DNA of 64,000 nt from Callorhinchus milii (Eukaryota). The DNA is taken from NCBI RefSeq assembly GCF_018977255.1, contig NW_024704742.1, positions 126,730,001-126,794,000 of the forward strand. The letters run 5' to 3'. A program made the position numbers and the translations under genes. Below, in pieces: positions 37,443-52,261 of the stretch (position 1 is its first letter; every line of letters starts with the position of its first letter). Under the pieces are notes generated by a model. It saw nothing but the letters and a program-made list of their open reading frames with translations. It had not been told where the DNA came from and did no database searches.

Positions 37443-37942
37443 CTGAGAAACATAAATCATCTCTCAATCAAAGTGAATATATTACTTTAACAAATCTCAT
37501 ACCAACTCCCAAAATATAATATAGTTTTATTTTTAAATGTCTAATAACTTTTAAAATCAAAATATACACCACAATCTTGTTATACTTTTATGTTAAAAAA
37601 GAGCTAAGGCATCCAATGAGCAGCAACAGGAAGGGAAAAAATGATCGACAGTTGCAAGCTAAACTTAATTGTAATAGGCAACAGCTCGAATCATTTTGTT
37701 GTAGAGTCACATAACAAACCTGTGAGAAGTGGTTTCAAGCCAATTTACCTGTAGTTGTGAATTGTCACGAAATGGTCTATTACAGAAATTTGCTTAAAAA
37801 TTATGATAAAAATTAATCACACAGACATTTTTTTCCACACCAAAAACTAATGCTAACTTGAGGTTCCTGGTCTCATCTAATAATATGCGGACTTCATGAA
37901 TTCTTGAGTAAACCTTTTCTTTATGAACTGCATTGAAGTGAC

Positions 37943-38546
37943 GACTATGGGAACTCTCCTCGCCGGCCTTCCCGCCACCTCCCACCACAAGCTGCAGGTC
38001 ATTCAGAACTCTGCAGCTCGTGTACTGTCCCGCACCAGGCTTCGGGACCACATCACTCCCACCCTCGCTCGCCTCCACTGGCTCCCCATCCCCCAGAGGA
38101 TCGATTTCAAGATCCTCATCCTCACCTACAAGGCTATTCACAGCCTTGCACCCTCCTACCTCTCTGACCTACTATCCCCCTACCTACCTGCCTGTACCCT
38201 CCGTTCCTCTGCCTGCAGTCTGCTCCATATCGCCCGCCCCAACCACCCTACCATCGGTGGCTTGGCCTTCAGCCTCTCAGCCCCTAGGCTCTGGAACTCT
38301 ATCCCCCAGTGCCTTCGCCGCTTCCTCCCTTTCCTCCTTCAAGGCCGGTCTCAAGACCTTTCTCTTTGACCGTGCCTTCGGCTCCCCTCTCGACTCTCTA
38401 CCCCCTCCTCGCTCCCTCCCTTCCCTCCCCTCACCCTGACCATTTCCCCCCTGCTCGGGTCCTGACCCAAATGTACAGCGCCTTATGTCCTCCTGACGTG
38501 AAAGGCGCTCTATAAATGGAATTTTGTTGTTGTTGTTGTTGTTGTT
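37943..38546 (+). mobile_element. L2 LINE 3' fragment with (GTT)n tail
   Basis: KLQVIQNSAARVL..LHWLPIPQRIDFKIL peptide. Confidence 0.93.
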
Positions 38547-39488
38547 GACTGATTACTTACAGGGTTCTCCTCAGAGTTAAGACTGTACATATAATAATAA
38601 TCCTTGCATTTGATATAACGCTTTATCATGTTGTCACAATGAACAGAAAAAAGAAAAGATTTTTGTAAAAAAACAGAGAGGATATCAATTATTTTAAAAG
38701 TTCCAGGTGTGGATATTAAAGCCTGATGATAACAAAAGCAAACAAGACAGAAAAATTAAAGAACATATTTAAAAGCAATAAAAGCAGAAAACGTCAACAT
38801 AAATAACATAAATAGGTTGTTTTCATGGATTGGGGAGTCCGTAACCAGTGAACACAAATATAAGATAATGAATGGGGATCTAAAAGAGAATTTAGATGTA
38901 ACTACTTCACGCAGAGGGTAGTGAGATTGTGGAATTTGCTGCCTAAAGCAGTGGGTGAATCAGACAATATAGATGTATTGAAGAGGAAGTTAGAACTTTG
39001 CATAAGGGAGAGGGGAATAGTGGGGTATGAGAGGGAGTAAGACTTGTGTGGAGTGTAAACACTGGCACAAACTAATTGGGCTAGGTTTTCGTGCTATACA
39101 TACTTTGTAAATATGAAAAGAACACCAGATAAGTTGGAAAAAAGACAGCCTTTCGACCATTTCATCTCATCCTTCTCGAATACTAAACCATCATCTCCCC
39201 ATTATAACAAAGTGGTTTATTAATGGAACACCCTTCCTGTTCAGTTTAAGAACGACAGGAATTTTTTAAAAATTAAGAAATTTAAAAAAGACAAACAATA
39301 GTTTAAGTTGAATCTAATAACGTGCAACATAAAAAACACCTTTATGGACCTATGAGGAGGCAATTATTTTCTAAGTTTGTCAACTGTTTAAAAACAGCAT
39401 AAAAATGATTGAAAAGTTTTCAGGCCACATCTGTGTTGGAAGTTTCTGTCAAATATTGATAGACCACTGATGTAGACATTGTCCTTAC

Positions 39489-39581
39489 CTTTCACAGTGA
39501 CCTTATGCTCTCCAGTTCCTGGATGTGTGAAAAGATCAATCTGTATTGATACTTCACCCACTGGATCATCCACACCAGAGC
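39489..39581 (-). CDS. UNC13B: UNC13B exon, 93 nt ([31 protein letters not shown]), start of C2C
   Basis: AG/GT bounded, phase 1-1, Munc13 C2C sequence. Confidence 0.95.
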
Positions 39582-42500
39582 CTGATTCACAATAAAACAT
39601 AGTCAGAAGATACAGAATGCACTCACTCAAATTACAACTGTTAAGGCAAGCACAGGCCTCTCAATGACACTGCAAGCTACCACATTACAAATGTAAAAGG
39701 GCTGTGTCACTATTATCTTTCATGCTTCTGAATTACAAGTAAACATTCTGAGGAGAGTGTTAGCATGCTTAACATCACCACACCTTTGTTCATGCTCATA
39801 CACTGCTCACATCTAAGAAAGAAAGATGGCCTCGTGGGCAGAATAGAAGCACAGGTGATTAAAATTATCGCTTTATCAAGTGATCTGTGTGTCCTCAAAT
39901 TAAGCTTTATTAATTAATTACCTAGTAAATTACACAGAACTTGTTCTTATAGGATAAGAGTGGGGGAGTCAAATGTAAAGGCTAGAAATTAGGTTCCAAA
40001 ATTCTATAGACATCATGAGATTTCAAGAAAATTTTGCATTTAAAGACAGTCTTGAAGTAGATGAACATCAGCATCTTTGATTTAAAGATTGTGTACTTGT
40101 CCTTCATCAGAAGTGCACCCAGTATAAACCAAACCAGTTAAACATACACAAGACAGCTAGCGTTCATCACACTGATAGGCCAGCTCTGTGCTGTAACAAT
40201 CCCCTTGGCACTGCTGGAGATAACACAACTGGGTTTCTATTGGGAGTAAAATTGCTTAGAGTGCTATGAGATATTCCAGAGAAACTGTGAACTCAGCAGA
40301 GATGAGGGATTCAACCTGGAAAATTTCTAGACAATATGGTTAGGTACCACACCATGCGATGCATTAACACAGCCCCTTTAAATGTCGAGCCCATCATTCT
40401 CTGTTACAAGGCCACACCGGCTGCACTTGTAGGTTTACAGCATAGTTCAGCGATTTGAACCAAACAGCAAACAAAAAAGACGTGGGTTGTTGATCACCAC
40501 GACCCAAATCAAGAAATTTAAATAGCTATTGTACGATTAGCGAGCGATCATTTTAAACCATCAATGAGAATTTCATGAATATAACTAAGCATTAAAATAT
40601 AAAAGATCAAGCCAGTGAGACTCATTAATAGATGTAAACACTGAAATCTCTCTTAGAATAATATTTAGGAGAAATTCAATCAAGTTTTGTACAATTTGTT
40701 GGAAACCTAAAGGTGCCGTGTAAACCTAGGTTCAAGTTGGAGTGATCTCAATGGTACGAGTTGATGAGCCACATGCACAAGCTATGAACCCCAGCACAGG
40801 CTGCATACCCAGGGACCGTAGTGATTATATTACCTTCAATAAATAATGCAGGCACTTAAACATGGTCCCTTACCAAGACAATATCTGGACACTCAACAGG
40901 TTCAGTTGGTCAGAAAAAAAGGGAGTTTTGTAGGTTAATAAACCAGTTCATTTTAAAGTTTTTTTAAAAGAGTTCCTCCTTTCAAATGACAGAAGATTTT
41001 TTAAAATCTGTTAAAGAATAACTTTTAACAGCAGTTATGTTGTAAAAGATCAAGGATTACCTACAGTTGGCCTTAGGCTAAACCTCTGTTGCTTTTGTAA
41101 TTTGCTATCTGGAATTGCACTAATTAAAAAGAACTGTAAAGTAAATAACAGTCCTTGCAAATTCAGCTACTGGTTTGAAGTACTTGACCAATTATTCTTT
41201 GCAGTAAATACTGTATGTGAACTTGCTGTTGACTCAGCATGGTAAATTAATGAAAGTGAAACAGTAGTTACTCTAAGTCTAACATAAAGAACATGTACAT
41301 TTTATTAGGTCACAATTGAGTTGTGCAGCAATACTAGTTTAGCTCCATGGATAACTCTAAAGTTATAGGTTGTAAACATCTCTTATATGAGATGGGCGAA
41401 TGGAACCACAAAGGTTTGGAATGTGCTTTTTTCCTTGACATCAATTTGTACAGGAAACAGCATATACCCAAATAAGTTTTTATCCTGTTAAACAGGAAAA
41501 TGAACAGGTCAATTTACTATTTTTTATTTACTGTTGCTTTAGGTTACTCAGCAGATGTCAAATAAAAGTGATGACAATCATGTAAATACTATATTATATT
41601 TTCTTGCCATTATAATTTAATTGAATATTAATACGGTGCAACTCAAATGAATTAGTACAGAGATGTGCTAAAAGTATCTTTGTGATGCTGTGCTCCCACA
41701 CTACCTACAACTTACAAAGGACAACTTTATTGCTAGATAATATGTCTAATGAAATTTACATTTGAATAAATTATGCACATCGATTGGATCCACTGGATAC
41801 AAGGATACAAGTAAACAGATCTGAACTTCCAACTCATGTCGATGAACAGGATGGATGGTCTGTCATCTGCAGTGCTCCACAACATTGCTAATGTCAGATT
41901 AGCCAGACTGGTTTAGCAGCACGACTTGGAGGGTCACACCAGTCATAGGGAGTAGGAATTATTTCTCACTCAACTGCTGTTAATCTGCAAGACAAGGTCC
42001 TAATAGGTAGGGTGGTCCAAGCTGGGCAATCAGCAGGAGATCTTGCCAGATAGACCGTTCAATGTTAAACTGTGGAGTTTTAGCTTGTTAAAATCCATCA
42101 CATCGTGGAGAACTCAATTCCCATGTGTAGGTGGAAAACATAAGTGGAACACTCAGTTGGGCTTGGATACGCTTAAGCATGGTGATGGGTTTCCTCACAA
42201 GTCAACCCAGCTGATCAAAAATGAAACAGACAGGATGGGTTCATATCACACAAGTATTTGATCTAACTCATCTGCAATATTTTCAATTTATAGTAAGTGG
42301 ATGTAAATAGAAACAAATTATAGGAGAGTTGTTAAACTAGTGAGAAAAGAATGAGAAATTAGACTCATTTATTCCGAGATGAACCCGACAATCTCATGCA
42401 ATGACATCAAGACACTCAAAAACAAGTAACAACACCTCAAAGAAAAATATTATAAAGATTGGTCTTTAATTGCTGTTTTTCCCCATGGGTTTAATTCTCA

Positions 42501-43424
42501 TTTGCCCACTTAAAAAGTTAAACATTGCCTAGTTATTAGTCTGGCAAATTTGTCTGCCAGGAAAACCACTGTGTAAGGTCTCCCACTTTAAACATTTTGT
42601 TCATGTAAATTTTATCATGTTCTTTGCTCATAAAAAAATCAAATAAACTTTTATTGGAGCATCACTCTAGCACTCCCGATTGTTCTGCAGCAGTTGCTGG
42701 ACCTTGAACAGTCTTAAGTTCTTTTAAACCCTTACATGGAATGTGAACACTTAAGTGAACCTCATAGATCTTATCTTGTGGGCTGATGAGGTTACGCCTG
42801 TGCTTGAAAACATGCATTGAGTACAATGTTATGCTTGTCATATTCCAATAACATGGACTGATAATGTGGAACAAAGTTGCTTTGGAACCCGAAGTCCAAT
42901 TAGTTGTGACAAAATGTATTTTGTCCTGATAAACTGAACCTCCATTGCCCAGAGCCCTTTGTAAAAATACACAGTTAACAGGCTTCCAATATCTTATGGT
43001 AACTTATTTTAGTGAAAAGGCAGTTGCATTGATGCAAATTGTCCTGCACTACCTCCACTGTTTGTTACAAACAGTAAAGCAAAGCCAAAAACACTTTGCA
43101 CTATATAAATGTAAGTTTTTAGTCACACCTTTAAACTGTTATTCAATATCAAACATAAACATGCTTTGTGCAACATTTTGGTTAAACAATAACCGTACAT
43201 ATAGCATTTGACTGAGGATTTAATGTACTGTTAAAAAAAGGCTTAGTCCATAATTACATAATCATTCAAACCTAAAATTGTTAGAATCACAAGCAATATT
43301 GATATTATATAGAGGATGCACGGCATTCTGGAGTATTTCCATGAGAATGGGAGTGCTCTTATTCTCTTCAAGCCTGCATTCAGCTAATGTTGTCAAAGCT
43401 GGGCAACATTAGGCTCAGACATAC

Positions 43425-43481
43425 CCTTGTCAGGAAGAACGTCCTCATTAGCCGTAAACCTAATACCCTTTCCACCATGCA
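43425..43481 (-). CDS. UNC13B: UNC13B cassette-type exon, 57 nt (VHGGKGIRFTANEDVLPDK)
   Basis: aatcag|TGCATGGT...AAGG|gtatgt, phase 1-1 symmetric. Homologous to the Munc13-1 VHGGKGTRFTLSED insert between MUN and C2C. Confidence 0.88.
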
Positions 43482-44464
43482 CTGATTCATGTTATCAAAG
43501 CCAGCAAGCAGGATGAAAGGGAGAAGAAAATGGAGTGAGATTACAGGATAGACAGTCAAGTCCAGAAATATAGCTCAACGACACATGAAAAAACTACAGA
43601 AAGAAACAGGACAGCGGGAGGGATCTATAAGAGAAGACCTATGTACAATACAGAATATCACAATCTGTAACAGGAATATATTCCTGGAATAATATGCATT
43701 ATTAATATACACAGATCATCATTATAACTCACGTTAATAAAACACTCAACATTTATTTATTATATATTTAGAAAACATTTACAAAATAACATGGTTTTCT
43801 TATCTATTCAGAAGCAAATAGTTCTGTTTTGAACACAAAACCCTGTTAAAGATTTTATCTTTGGGCAAAAATATGTATATTAAATTCTACATTATAAATT
43901 AAAACCTTGATGCTATTGCATATAATTAATTGCTCAGTGCTACACATTACTGGCTCAGTCAGGCAGAGTCTTGTATTATGTCCCGAAATAATTAAAATGA
44001 TGCTCTTTGAAATAGTACAATTTTTTGAAATATTTGAAATATCATTTAGCTCTGACCTACATTACTGCAAAGCAACTTTAAAAAGATCGGATCTGCCTTC
44101 ATATTTTGTACTCTTAATTTAGGTCAATAAAGGTAGAATAAAAACATAACATAAAGAAACAAATAATTTGATAACATTTTACAGCATCTTATGTTTAAAT
44201 ATCCTCCCGACGTGAAAGGCGCTCTATAAATGGAATCTTGTTGTTGTTGTTGTAAATATCTCAAAGCAGTTACTTGTGTAGGACTGTTGATGTAGGCAAG
44301 TATTGCAGCTATTTGTAAAATGCAAGGTGATGAATTGAATGACCAATTAATCTGAAAGATTGTTGGCAAGAACATAGTCAGAAATTTAGTTCCTTTCTTT
44401 GAATAGTGTCATGGGATCTTTAACATTCACCTTAACAGGCAGACAGAGCTCGGTTCAACATTCG

Positions 44465-44790
44465 TAGAGTCCTGTAGCTCAGTGGTTAGAGCACTCGCTT
44501 TGCAAGTGAGAGACCTGAGTTCAATTCCAGGCAGAGGGCGAAACCTTGGGCAAGTTTCCTTACTCCACACAGAGCCTAATAATAATCCCTCCAAAACCCA
44601 AAACAATAATAAAATTGGCATTTTCAATCTACGACTGTTTGTGGGACATTGCTGTGCGCAATTGGCTGCCGCGTTCGCCCACAAATTTACAGTCAATTCA
44701 CTTTACAGTGTGTTCTGTGAAGCGCTTTGGGACGTCCTTCCGACGTGAAAAGCGCTATATCAAATGCAAGGATTATAAATGCAAGGATTA
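44465..44790 (+). mobile_element. Young tRNA-SINE, full length
   Basis: Consensus match with a duplicated tail motif aaatgcaaggattat. Confidence 0.92.
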
Positions 44791-44814
44791 TATATGTCAT
44801 TCCTTTAGAAAGAC

Positions 44815-45103
44815 CTGCCTTCGTTCCTCTGGGTCTGGTCTCCTCCTTGTACCCCAAATCCTCCGCTCCACCCAAGACAGCCATGCCTTCATCCACTATG
44901 CCCCGGAACTCCCTTCCTCACTCCCTTTGCCTCGCCCCCTCTCTTCCTATTTTCAGGTCTCTGCTGAAGACCTTTGTTTTCGACCGTGCCTTTGGTCACC
45001 TTTCTCCCCCTCCCCCTGGCTCGGCCCCGGGATCGATTACTGTGAAATGTTCCGAGACGCCATCCAGCGTGGAGGGCACTATATAAATCCAAGTTGTTGT
45101 TGT
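44815..45103 (+). mobile_element. L2 LINE 3' end
   Basis: Near-identical to 20690-20980. Confidence 0.9.
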
Positions 45104-46514
45104 TGGCTTCCGACAATACTGCACTCCCCAGTACTGTATAGATGATGTGATCAAGCTCTGACATGGGGCTTGAACCCATAATCTTCTGACCCAGAGATGA
45201 GAGTGTGAACGACTGAACTAAACAAAGCAAAGCTGGATCTTGAAAGTCAGGTTTGTCAAAATCCATTATGGAAAAATAGCACCATTGGAGTAGCATAACT
45301 ATAATACTAATCCTTACATTTGATATATTCACGTTAGTAGGATGCCTCAAAGTGCTTCACAGGATATACTGTAAAGTGTAGTGACTATATTTTGTTGGCG
45401 AACGTGGCAGCCAATTTGCCGTAGCGAAGTCCCTCAAACAGCCGTGAATTGAACAACCAATTTTATTTGAAGGATTATTGGCTGTGACACTAGGAGAATA
45501 TCCCCTCTCTTTTCGAATAGTGCCATGAAATCTTTAACATCCACCAGTCAAGCAGACAGAACACTCAGTTTAATGTCTCACCTGAAGCCATCGCTGCAGT
45601 ATAGTAGCATTGCAACACACCTCCAGCACTACACTAGAGTGTCAGCTGAACCTATAAACAGTCTTATTGTGGGGCTTGAAACCACAACTTTCTGGCTCAA
45701 ACGCCTGCTGCAAATTGAGCCAGATTGACACACAGTAGACTATAGATAGGTACACAAGATGTACCCCCTTCCGAAGAGAACTCCTTCCTTCAAAAAATGG
45801 TTCCTTTATCATAATCACAAAGCTGATTAACATCTGGAAATATTTCAAGAGTAAATGCTCAAAGTACAATTTCATACTATGGGCAACAGTTCTGCATGAT
45901 TCAAGTATTCTATTGAGTTATTTAAATATTTTAAATCCTGAAAAATTTGTCCAAAATCAATCATAATCATGTTATGAAATCAAGAGACTTCAGTGACTGC
46001 AGAATTTTAAGGGACAATGGGAAGAAGCCAACCACGTAGGGTTGCTCAAGGCAGTTGATGTTCTGACATTTTATAAGCCTATTGCTGATATACTGCTCTC
46101 TACTGCTGAAAATAGAGCAGTGTATCATTTCCAGTAGTAGAGTGATGTGGAGTGGGACCCCGATTTATGCTGCTCTCTACTATTTGGAATGGCCAACGGA
46201 TATTAAGAAAAAGTTTCAGAAGTATTGCTCACTGTTGAATTGCCAACAAACTATACTCAAATTCTACTTTTTTAAAAAATGTCTTTTGCAATTGGATTGT
46301 CCATGAAATTTTAAGTCGAACTGAGACAGAGCCAGAATCGATTGACATTTTCTACGTTTATATTGTAACAGAGTAAATCAAAATCCTGCCAAACTCACTG
46401 CCTCAAGATATAGGCTTCCAAAAAGATTAATCTCCAAATTATGCTATTCAATCAAGATTTATATGACATTTTGCAAATCATTTTGCCCAAGGAAGACAGT
46501 CAATCCACTTTACA

Positions 46515-46832
46515 GTAATAATAATAATCCTTGAATTTGATATAGCGCTTTTCACGTCTTCTGGACGTCTCAAAGCGCTTCACAGAATATGCTGTAAAGT
46601 GAATTGACTGTATATTTTGTGGGCGAAATGCGGCAGCCAATTGCACACAGCAGTGTCCCACAAACAGTTGTGGATTGAAAACGACCAATTTATTATTGTT
46701 TTGTTTTGTAGGGATTATTATTAGTCGTGTGGAGTAAGGAAGCTTGCCCAAGGTTTCGCCCTCTGCCTGGAATTGAACCCAGGTATCTCGCTTGCAAGGC
46801 AAGTGCTCTAACCACTGAGCTACAGGACTCCA
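46515..46832 (-). mobile_element. tRNA-SINE, full length
   Basis: Consensus match on the minus strand. Confidence 0.9.
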
Positions 46833-48183
46833 CAGTATATTCTATGAAGCGCTTTGAGATATCTAGAAGACATGATAAAGTGTTTTATCAAATTTTATAT
46901 TGTAAAATAAATTATAAACATAACACTGGGAATGCACCAGTTCTATACTTCAGTAAAGTCACCTGACCAGGTGGTATTATTAGAAAGATAATTATTTAAC
47001 TTAAACCTGTTAGTTCCAAATAAATTGAACACTTTATTGAGTTATTTTTCATCATTTAATAAAGTTTTATTCAACTAATTGCCTACAAATACATAGTTAA
47101 TACATTTTACAGAAACTTTTATGAAGTGCTTTCAGATATTTAATGTAATAGGTGCTATTCCAAATGCAAAGATTAATTCCATTCAGCCTTCTTTCAAATG
47201 AAATGACAACCTAATGGGTTCCAGATTGCTCTTATACTTTATATACCAGGGCCACACCAAGGTTCACTGCAGTCAGTCCAGCAGAGTAATTCTTCTACGG
47301 TGTCAGCCTGACACAGTTGGTAATACTATCATCTCTGAATTAGAAGGTTATGAGCTCAAGCCCCACGCTGCACTCCAATATATTGCTGGAGGGGAGCCGC
47401 ATGGTTGAAAATGATGTCCTTCAGATCAAATGGTAAAACTGTGGTCCTGTTCTGACTGTTCAGTTAGATCTCACTGCACTATTCAAAAAGAGAAGGGAAT
47501 TTCTCCTGGTGTCCTGGGCAACATTACCTTAGATAAACTCAGTCATTTACATCATGTCTCTTTGTGGGATATTTCTGTGCACAAATTGGCTGCAACATTT
47601 GCCTACAAATACAATCAGTACACTTCATAGAAAATCCTGTAAACTACTTTGAGATGTCTCAACGACATGAAAAGATGCTATAATAAATGTAACAATCCCC
47701 ATTATTAAAGTATGGCCCTCCTCCTAATGGCCTGACTAAGAACTGAAAATATCCATCCCTCAATATCATTTTTCAAATTTTTGGTTGTGTATGACTCTTT
47801 AGTTTCTTTTTTTAAAATCCATCTCTTGAGAATTAACTTAGTAAGCGCAAAAGTTACCCCATAAACTACTGAATATGATGCACTGATTTTTCCACAATGA
47901 AAAAAATGTATAAAAATGTTTAAATATTCATTGTTGCAAATACAGAAGGTGACTTTCACAGCATAATCATGCTGTCTTAGCTGTGCTGTCATTGTGTGAT
48001 CCAGGGTCATGTTCCAGCTGAAAAGACTAAATATTATTCACCAAAACATCCTGACATCTTTTTAACTAATATGCAGGTACCGGGAGAAGGTTAAATTTAC
48101 AATTTCTGGTTTGGCCACTGCTTCAAACAGAGCCATGACAAACAAGAAGGTTACAAGCAAAAACATTTCTTGGAAAGACTTAC

Positions 48184-48331
48184 CCTGAGCAGTTTGAGAT
48201 TGAACGAATGTTTTGATGAGGGTGTCTGTGGTCTGAGTGTAGAGCGAGAGTGCATATCGCAGAGATTGAAGGTCTGGACTCTTCTCCAGGAAAGCTTTTT
48301 TCAGCCCATTTCCACCAGCGTGGAAGTATTG
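48184..48331 (-). CDS. UNC13B: UNC13B exon, 148 nt ([49 protein letters not shown])
   Basis: gcag|CAA...CAG G|gtaag. Highly conserved Munc13 sequence. Confidence 0.96.
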
Positions 48332-48472
48332 CTGCAATTTCAAAACAGGAGGGCAAGTGTCACCAACACATGCACAATGTTTTTTCAGGCCACATTCTCG
48401 ATAATAAAGGGTGATGACCCTTTAGATTCAAATAAACACACAAGATAATTGTATAATAATCCTTGGTTTTGA

Positions 48473-48657
48473 TTTCTCTTTGACCGAGCCTTCAGCTCCC
48501 CTCTCGACTCTCTTCCCCCTCCTCGCTCCCTCCCTTTCCTCCCCTCACCCTGACCATTTCCCCAATGCTCGGGTCCTGACCCAACTGTGCAGCGCCTTGG
48601 GACGTCCTCCTGACGTGAAAGGCGTTTTATAAATGGAATCTTGTTGTTGTTGTTGTT
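48473..48657 (+). mobile_element. L2 3' end, ~185 bp
   Basis: Near-identical to 52262-52445 and 38362-38546. Confidence 0.9.
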
Positions 48658-48675
48658 AACACTTTTCATATCTTC

Positions 48676-49330
48676 AACAACAACAACAAAATTACATTTA
48701 TAGAGCACCTTTCACATCAGGAGGACGTCCCAAAGCGCTGAACAGTCAGGTGTCGGGGCCCGAGCATGGGGGAGGAGTGGTGTAGAGGTGAAGGAAGGCA
48801 GAGAGGTGGGAGGGAGGGATTCCAAAGGCACGGTCGAAGAAAAGACCAGTCTTGAATGATACAAGGGAGGAAGAGAGGCGAAGGGACCATGGGATGGAGT
48901 TCCAGAGTGTGGGGGTAGAGAGGCTGAAAACCCGGCCACCGATGGTCGGGCGAGTCGGACGGGAGACATGGAGTAGGCCGGAGCCCGATGAATGGAGGAA
49001 GTGGGCAGGTTGGTAGGGCGTCAGTAGGTCAGAGAGGTAGGACGGGACAAGGCCAAGAATGGCCTTAAAGGTGAGGACGAGGAGCTTGAACTCAATCCTC
49101 TGGGGGATGGGAAGCCAGTGGAATCAGGCGAGGGTGGGAGTGAAAGGGTCATGGAGCATGGTTCGTGAAAATACACGAGCTGCAGAGTTTTGGATGATCT
49201 GCAGCTGTGAAGAGTTGGGAAGGCTGATGAGGAGGGAGTTCCTGTAATCAAGCCTTGAGGTGACGAATGCATGGGTGAGGGTTTCGGCAGCCTGAGAGGT
49301 GAGGCAGTGGCGGAGTCTGGCAATATTGCG
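48676..49330 (-). mobile_element. L2 LINE 3' fragment
   Basis: AAETLTHAFVTSRLDY peptide and CAA tail. Confidence 0.9.
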
Positions 49331-50274
49331 GAGACGTCTCAAAGCTCTTCACAGAATATACTGTTAATTGATTGTATATTTGTGGTCGAAACGCGGCAAC
49401 CAATTGAGCACAATATATAAAAAACTCCACAATCTATTCTAAGGCATTTGCATAAATATTAGAATTTATTCTCCTCTCACAAAGGGTGGCGATATCCCTC
49501 TAACTGTGCTTGCAAGTACAACTGTCCACTTCAATATCATCCCTTCCTGAAAAACTGCTCCAGAGTGGTTTAGAACTACTTTGGTGCTCTCAACTAGAAG
49601 GCACTTTGTTGATTTCCCACAGGCATGAAGGTGAAGAGAAGGACAATCTCTCCAAGCTGATTAGCCAGTGAAGGGAAAGGCATCTCGTGAGGAAGGACTG
49701 CTAAAGAAAGTTCACTGAAAGAGAGAAACCTAACAAAAACAGCCAAGAAAGGTTCTTAGATCTGGGACAAAAAACAGGAGTCTGTAGTGCTACATTTTAT
49801 GCAATTTAAACAAGTATTGCTTCGGACATTCTCAATGAACAGTCTTATAACTTACTGCAACATTAAAATGTGATAAAAGAAATTTGAGAGAAAATTGCAC
49901 TTTATCCAGTAAAAAAATACTAGAATAAGCTGCAATGTAACTAATTAGCCTTGAGCAGGCTCACAAAACTAGTTGGAACCTAGTCAAGAGCTTAGTCTTC
50001 AAATCCTACTATGCTGTCACTCCTAACTAATTTGTGCAATTTTCTCCAATTCAAGCCAATATCCTCCCCTGCACTTTGATTCCAGCCACAATAACCCAGT
50101 CCTCTGGAACCGTCTTCCAACTTTGTCCTGTATTAATCTATGACCAGTAAAGCTCTCCCATTGGAAGTGAGTAAAGGCTCTACTCGACACAGCAATAGAG
50201 TCCTAAAGATCACAAGGCCGTAGGTTTTCGAATCCCTACAGCTTTTATTTGCGGCAGCAGGTGAGGCAACACAA

Positions 50275-50640
50275 CAATAATACTTGCATTTGATATAGCA
50301 CCTTATCATGCCTACGAGACGTCTCAAAGCACTTCACAGAATATAGTGTAAAGTGAATTGACTGTACATTTTGTAGGCGAAACGCAGCAGCCCATTGCGC
50401 ACAGTAGTGTCCCACAAGCAGTCGTGGATTGAAGTGACCAAGTTATTATTATTATTTTTTGAAGGAATTATTATCCCCGGAAAAGAGATCCGCAAGTTGA
50501 CTAATAAACGGATTTCTACTTACTGCTAGGTAAGCAGAGGCATGTGGAGTAAGGAAACTTGCCCAATGTCTTGCCCTGCCGGGAATCGAACCCAGGTCTC
50601 TCGCTTGCGAGGCGAGTGCTCTAACCACTGAGCCATCCAA
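50275..50640 (-). mobile_element. tRNA-SINE, full length (subfamily like 425-775)
   Basis: Consensus match on the minus strand. Confidence 0.88.
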
Positions 50641-52261
50641 GCCATCATTCTTTCGTAACAATTACAAGGTTTGGCTGTATGACAGAAAAATTGGTGAAGT
50701 TTCAAAGGTTCTGTTTGTACAGAAGAACACGCCAAGCGATCAATGACCCCAATCAGGATACAGTCCACTTTCCTGTCATGATCACAATTTGGCAGCTAAC
50801 TCATTGGTCACTTCACAGAAATCTATTTCTTCGATCAAACATTCATCAGCTGCAACGGTGCAGGATTCACATGCAATTATAGCTCCTGTGCCAAACTACC
50901 AGCTAAAGGAACAAGTGTCCTTTGAACAGACCAGCAAAAGCTACCTCCAATAGCAAAGGGTATTTTTCTTTAAGCAAGTGCACACACGATGGACAATCTG
51001 ACAACAGCGATGCTGTATGATCACATAAAGACAATACACAATCAACTTGGATAATGTTGAGTGCTCTGAAACCTCTTTTTGGTGGGGGAGGGTGGGGGAG
51101 GGGGTGTTGGACGAGAGAGATAAACACCACAGAAACTCTCCGAGTCCCCTCCTCTCCATCACCACAAACACTGTGCACTTCCGTGAATTAAAAGCAGAAT
51201 AAAAACAGACTCCCCCCACACACGCACATATTGGTCAGAAATAGGGGTTACTCTGGAAGTTTCTGGAAGTGGGGAGCACGGAAACCAGTAAAGGGAGTGG
51301 CAGGAGAGGAAGGAGTGGGAAGCAACAATTCTTGTAAAGGAAGGGGAGGTTGGAGATGGCGTAGTAATTAGTAATATATCCAGCAAACACCTATTGTTGA
51401 GGTTCAGACATGAATTAATAGCTATTTGGATTATGGATTATGGAACTGTAACCTAGTAAAAGGGCAAAGGTGTCAAATGCCTCCAAGGAGGAGAGGGAAG
51501 AAAGGAAAAAAAAGGTTAAAAAATGTTCTTCCTGAGTCCCATTCATTATATCCTCACCACATACTCAGAACACAGAGCAGCAAGACAATAAAACGCATGT
51601 TCAACTTCTATTAATTTGATAGTGTTCTGCAACAACTGTGGAGCAAAAGTTTTAATAGGCCTTATTATGGCGAGTGGCGAGTGTTGTACACATTATAAAA
51701 AAATAAACTTGTATCCAGTGAGATTTATTATTCCACACTTGGCATCTTGTGTGATCCCACATCAAGCTGCAATCAGTCAATTGACGTCAAATCTACTGCT
51801 TGCTGGAGGAAAATAGAACGGTATCTGTCATTTTAAACAAATAAAGTTTAAAATTCCTCATCTCTTCATAAAATAAATATCAGGTGCCTGTCAGTGAATT
51901 ACAATCTTGGGATTCGGCAGATGTGAGCAAATGACTCGAGTTTGGATCTCACTGTCTAGGTTGTCAGCTGTGCCCCTCCGTCTGGATTACAGATTCCAAA
52001 TGCACTGACAGCTATCAAGCATCCTCCATCTATTTAATCTAGGCAGACTGTGCCTTTATGTGCAGACGCTACGTGAAACAAATTAACCAGGTGCACAAGA
52101 GGGAGTTCACAATATTCATTTTTGATGGACTTCTGGGGATGATCAGACCTATAATTCACATTCCTGTGAACAACCAGTCCGAGTGAATAAATCTATTAAC
52201 AAACGTATAAAACAATGTTGACTGCAATAATGAATTCAGCACCATGAATTGGGTATGATCT

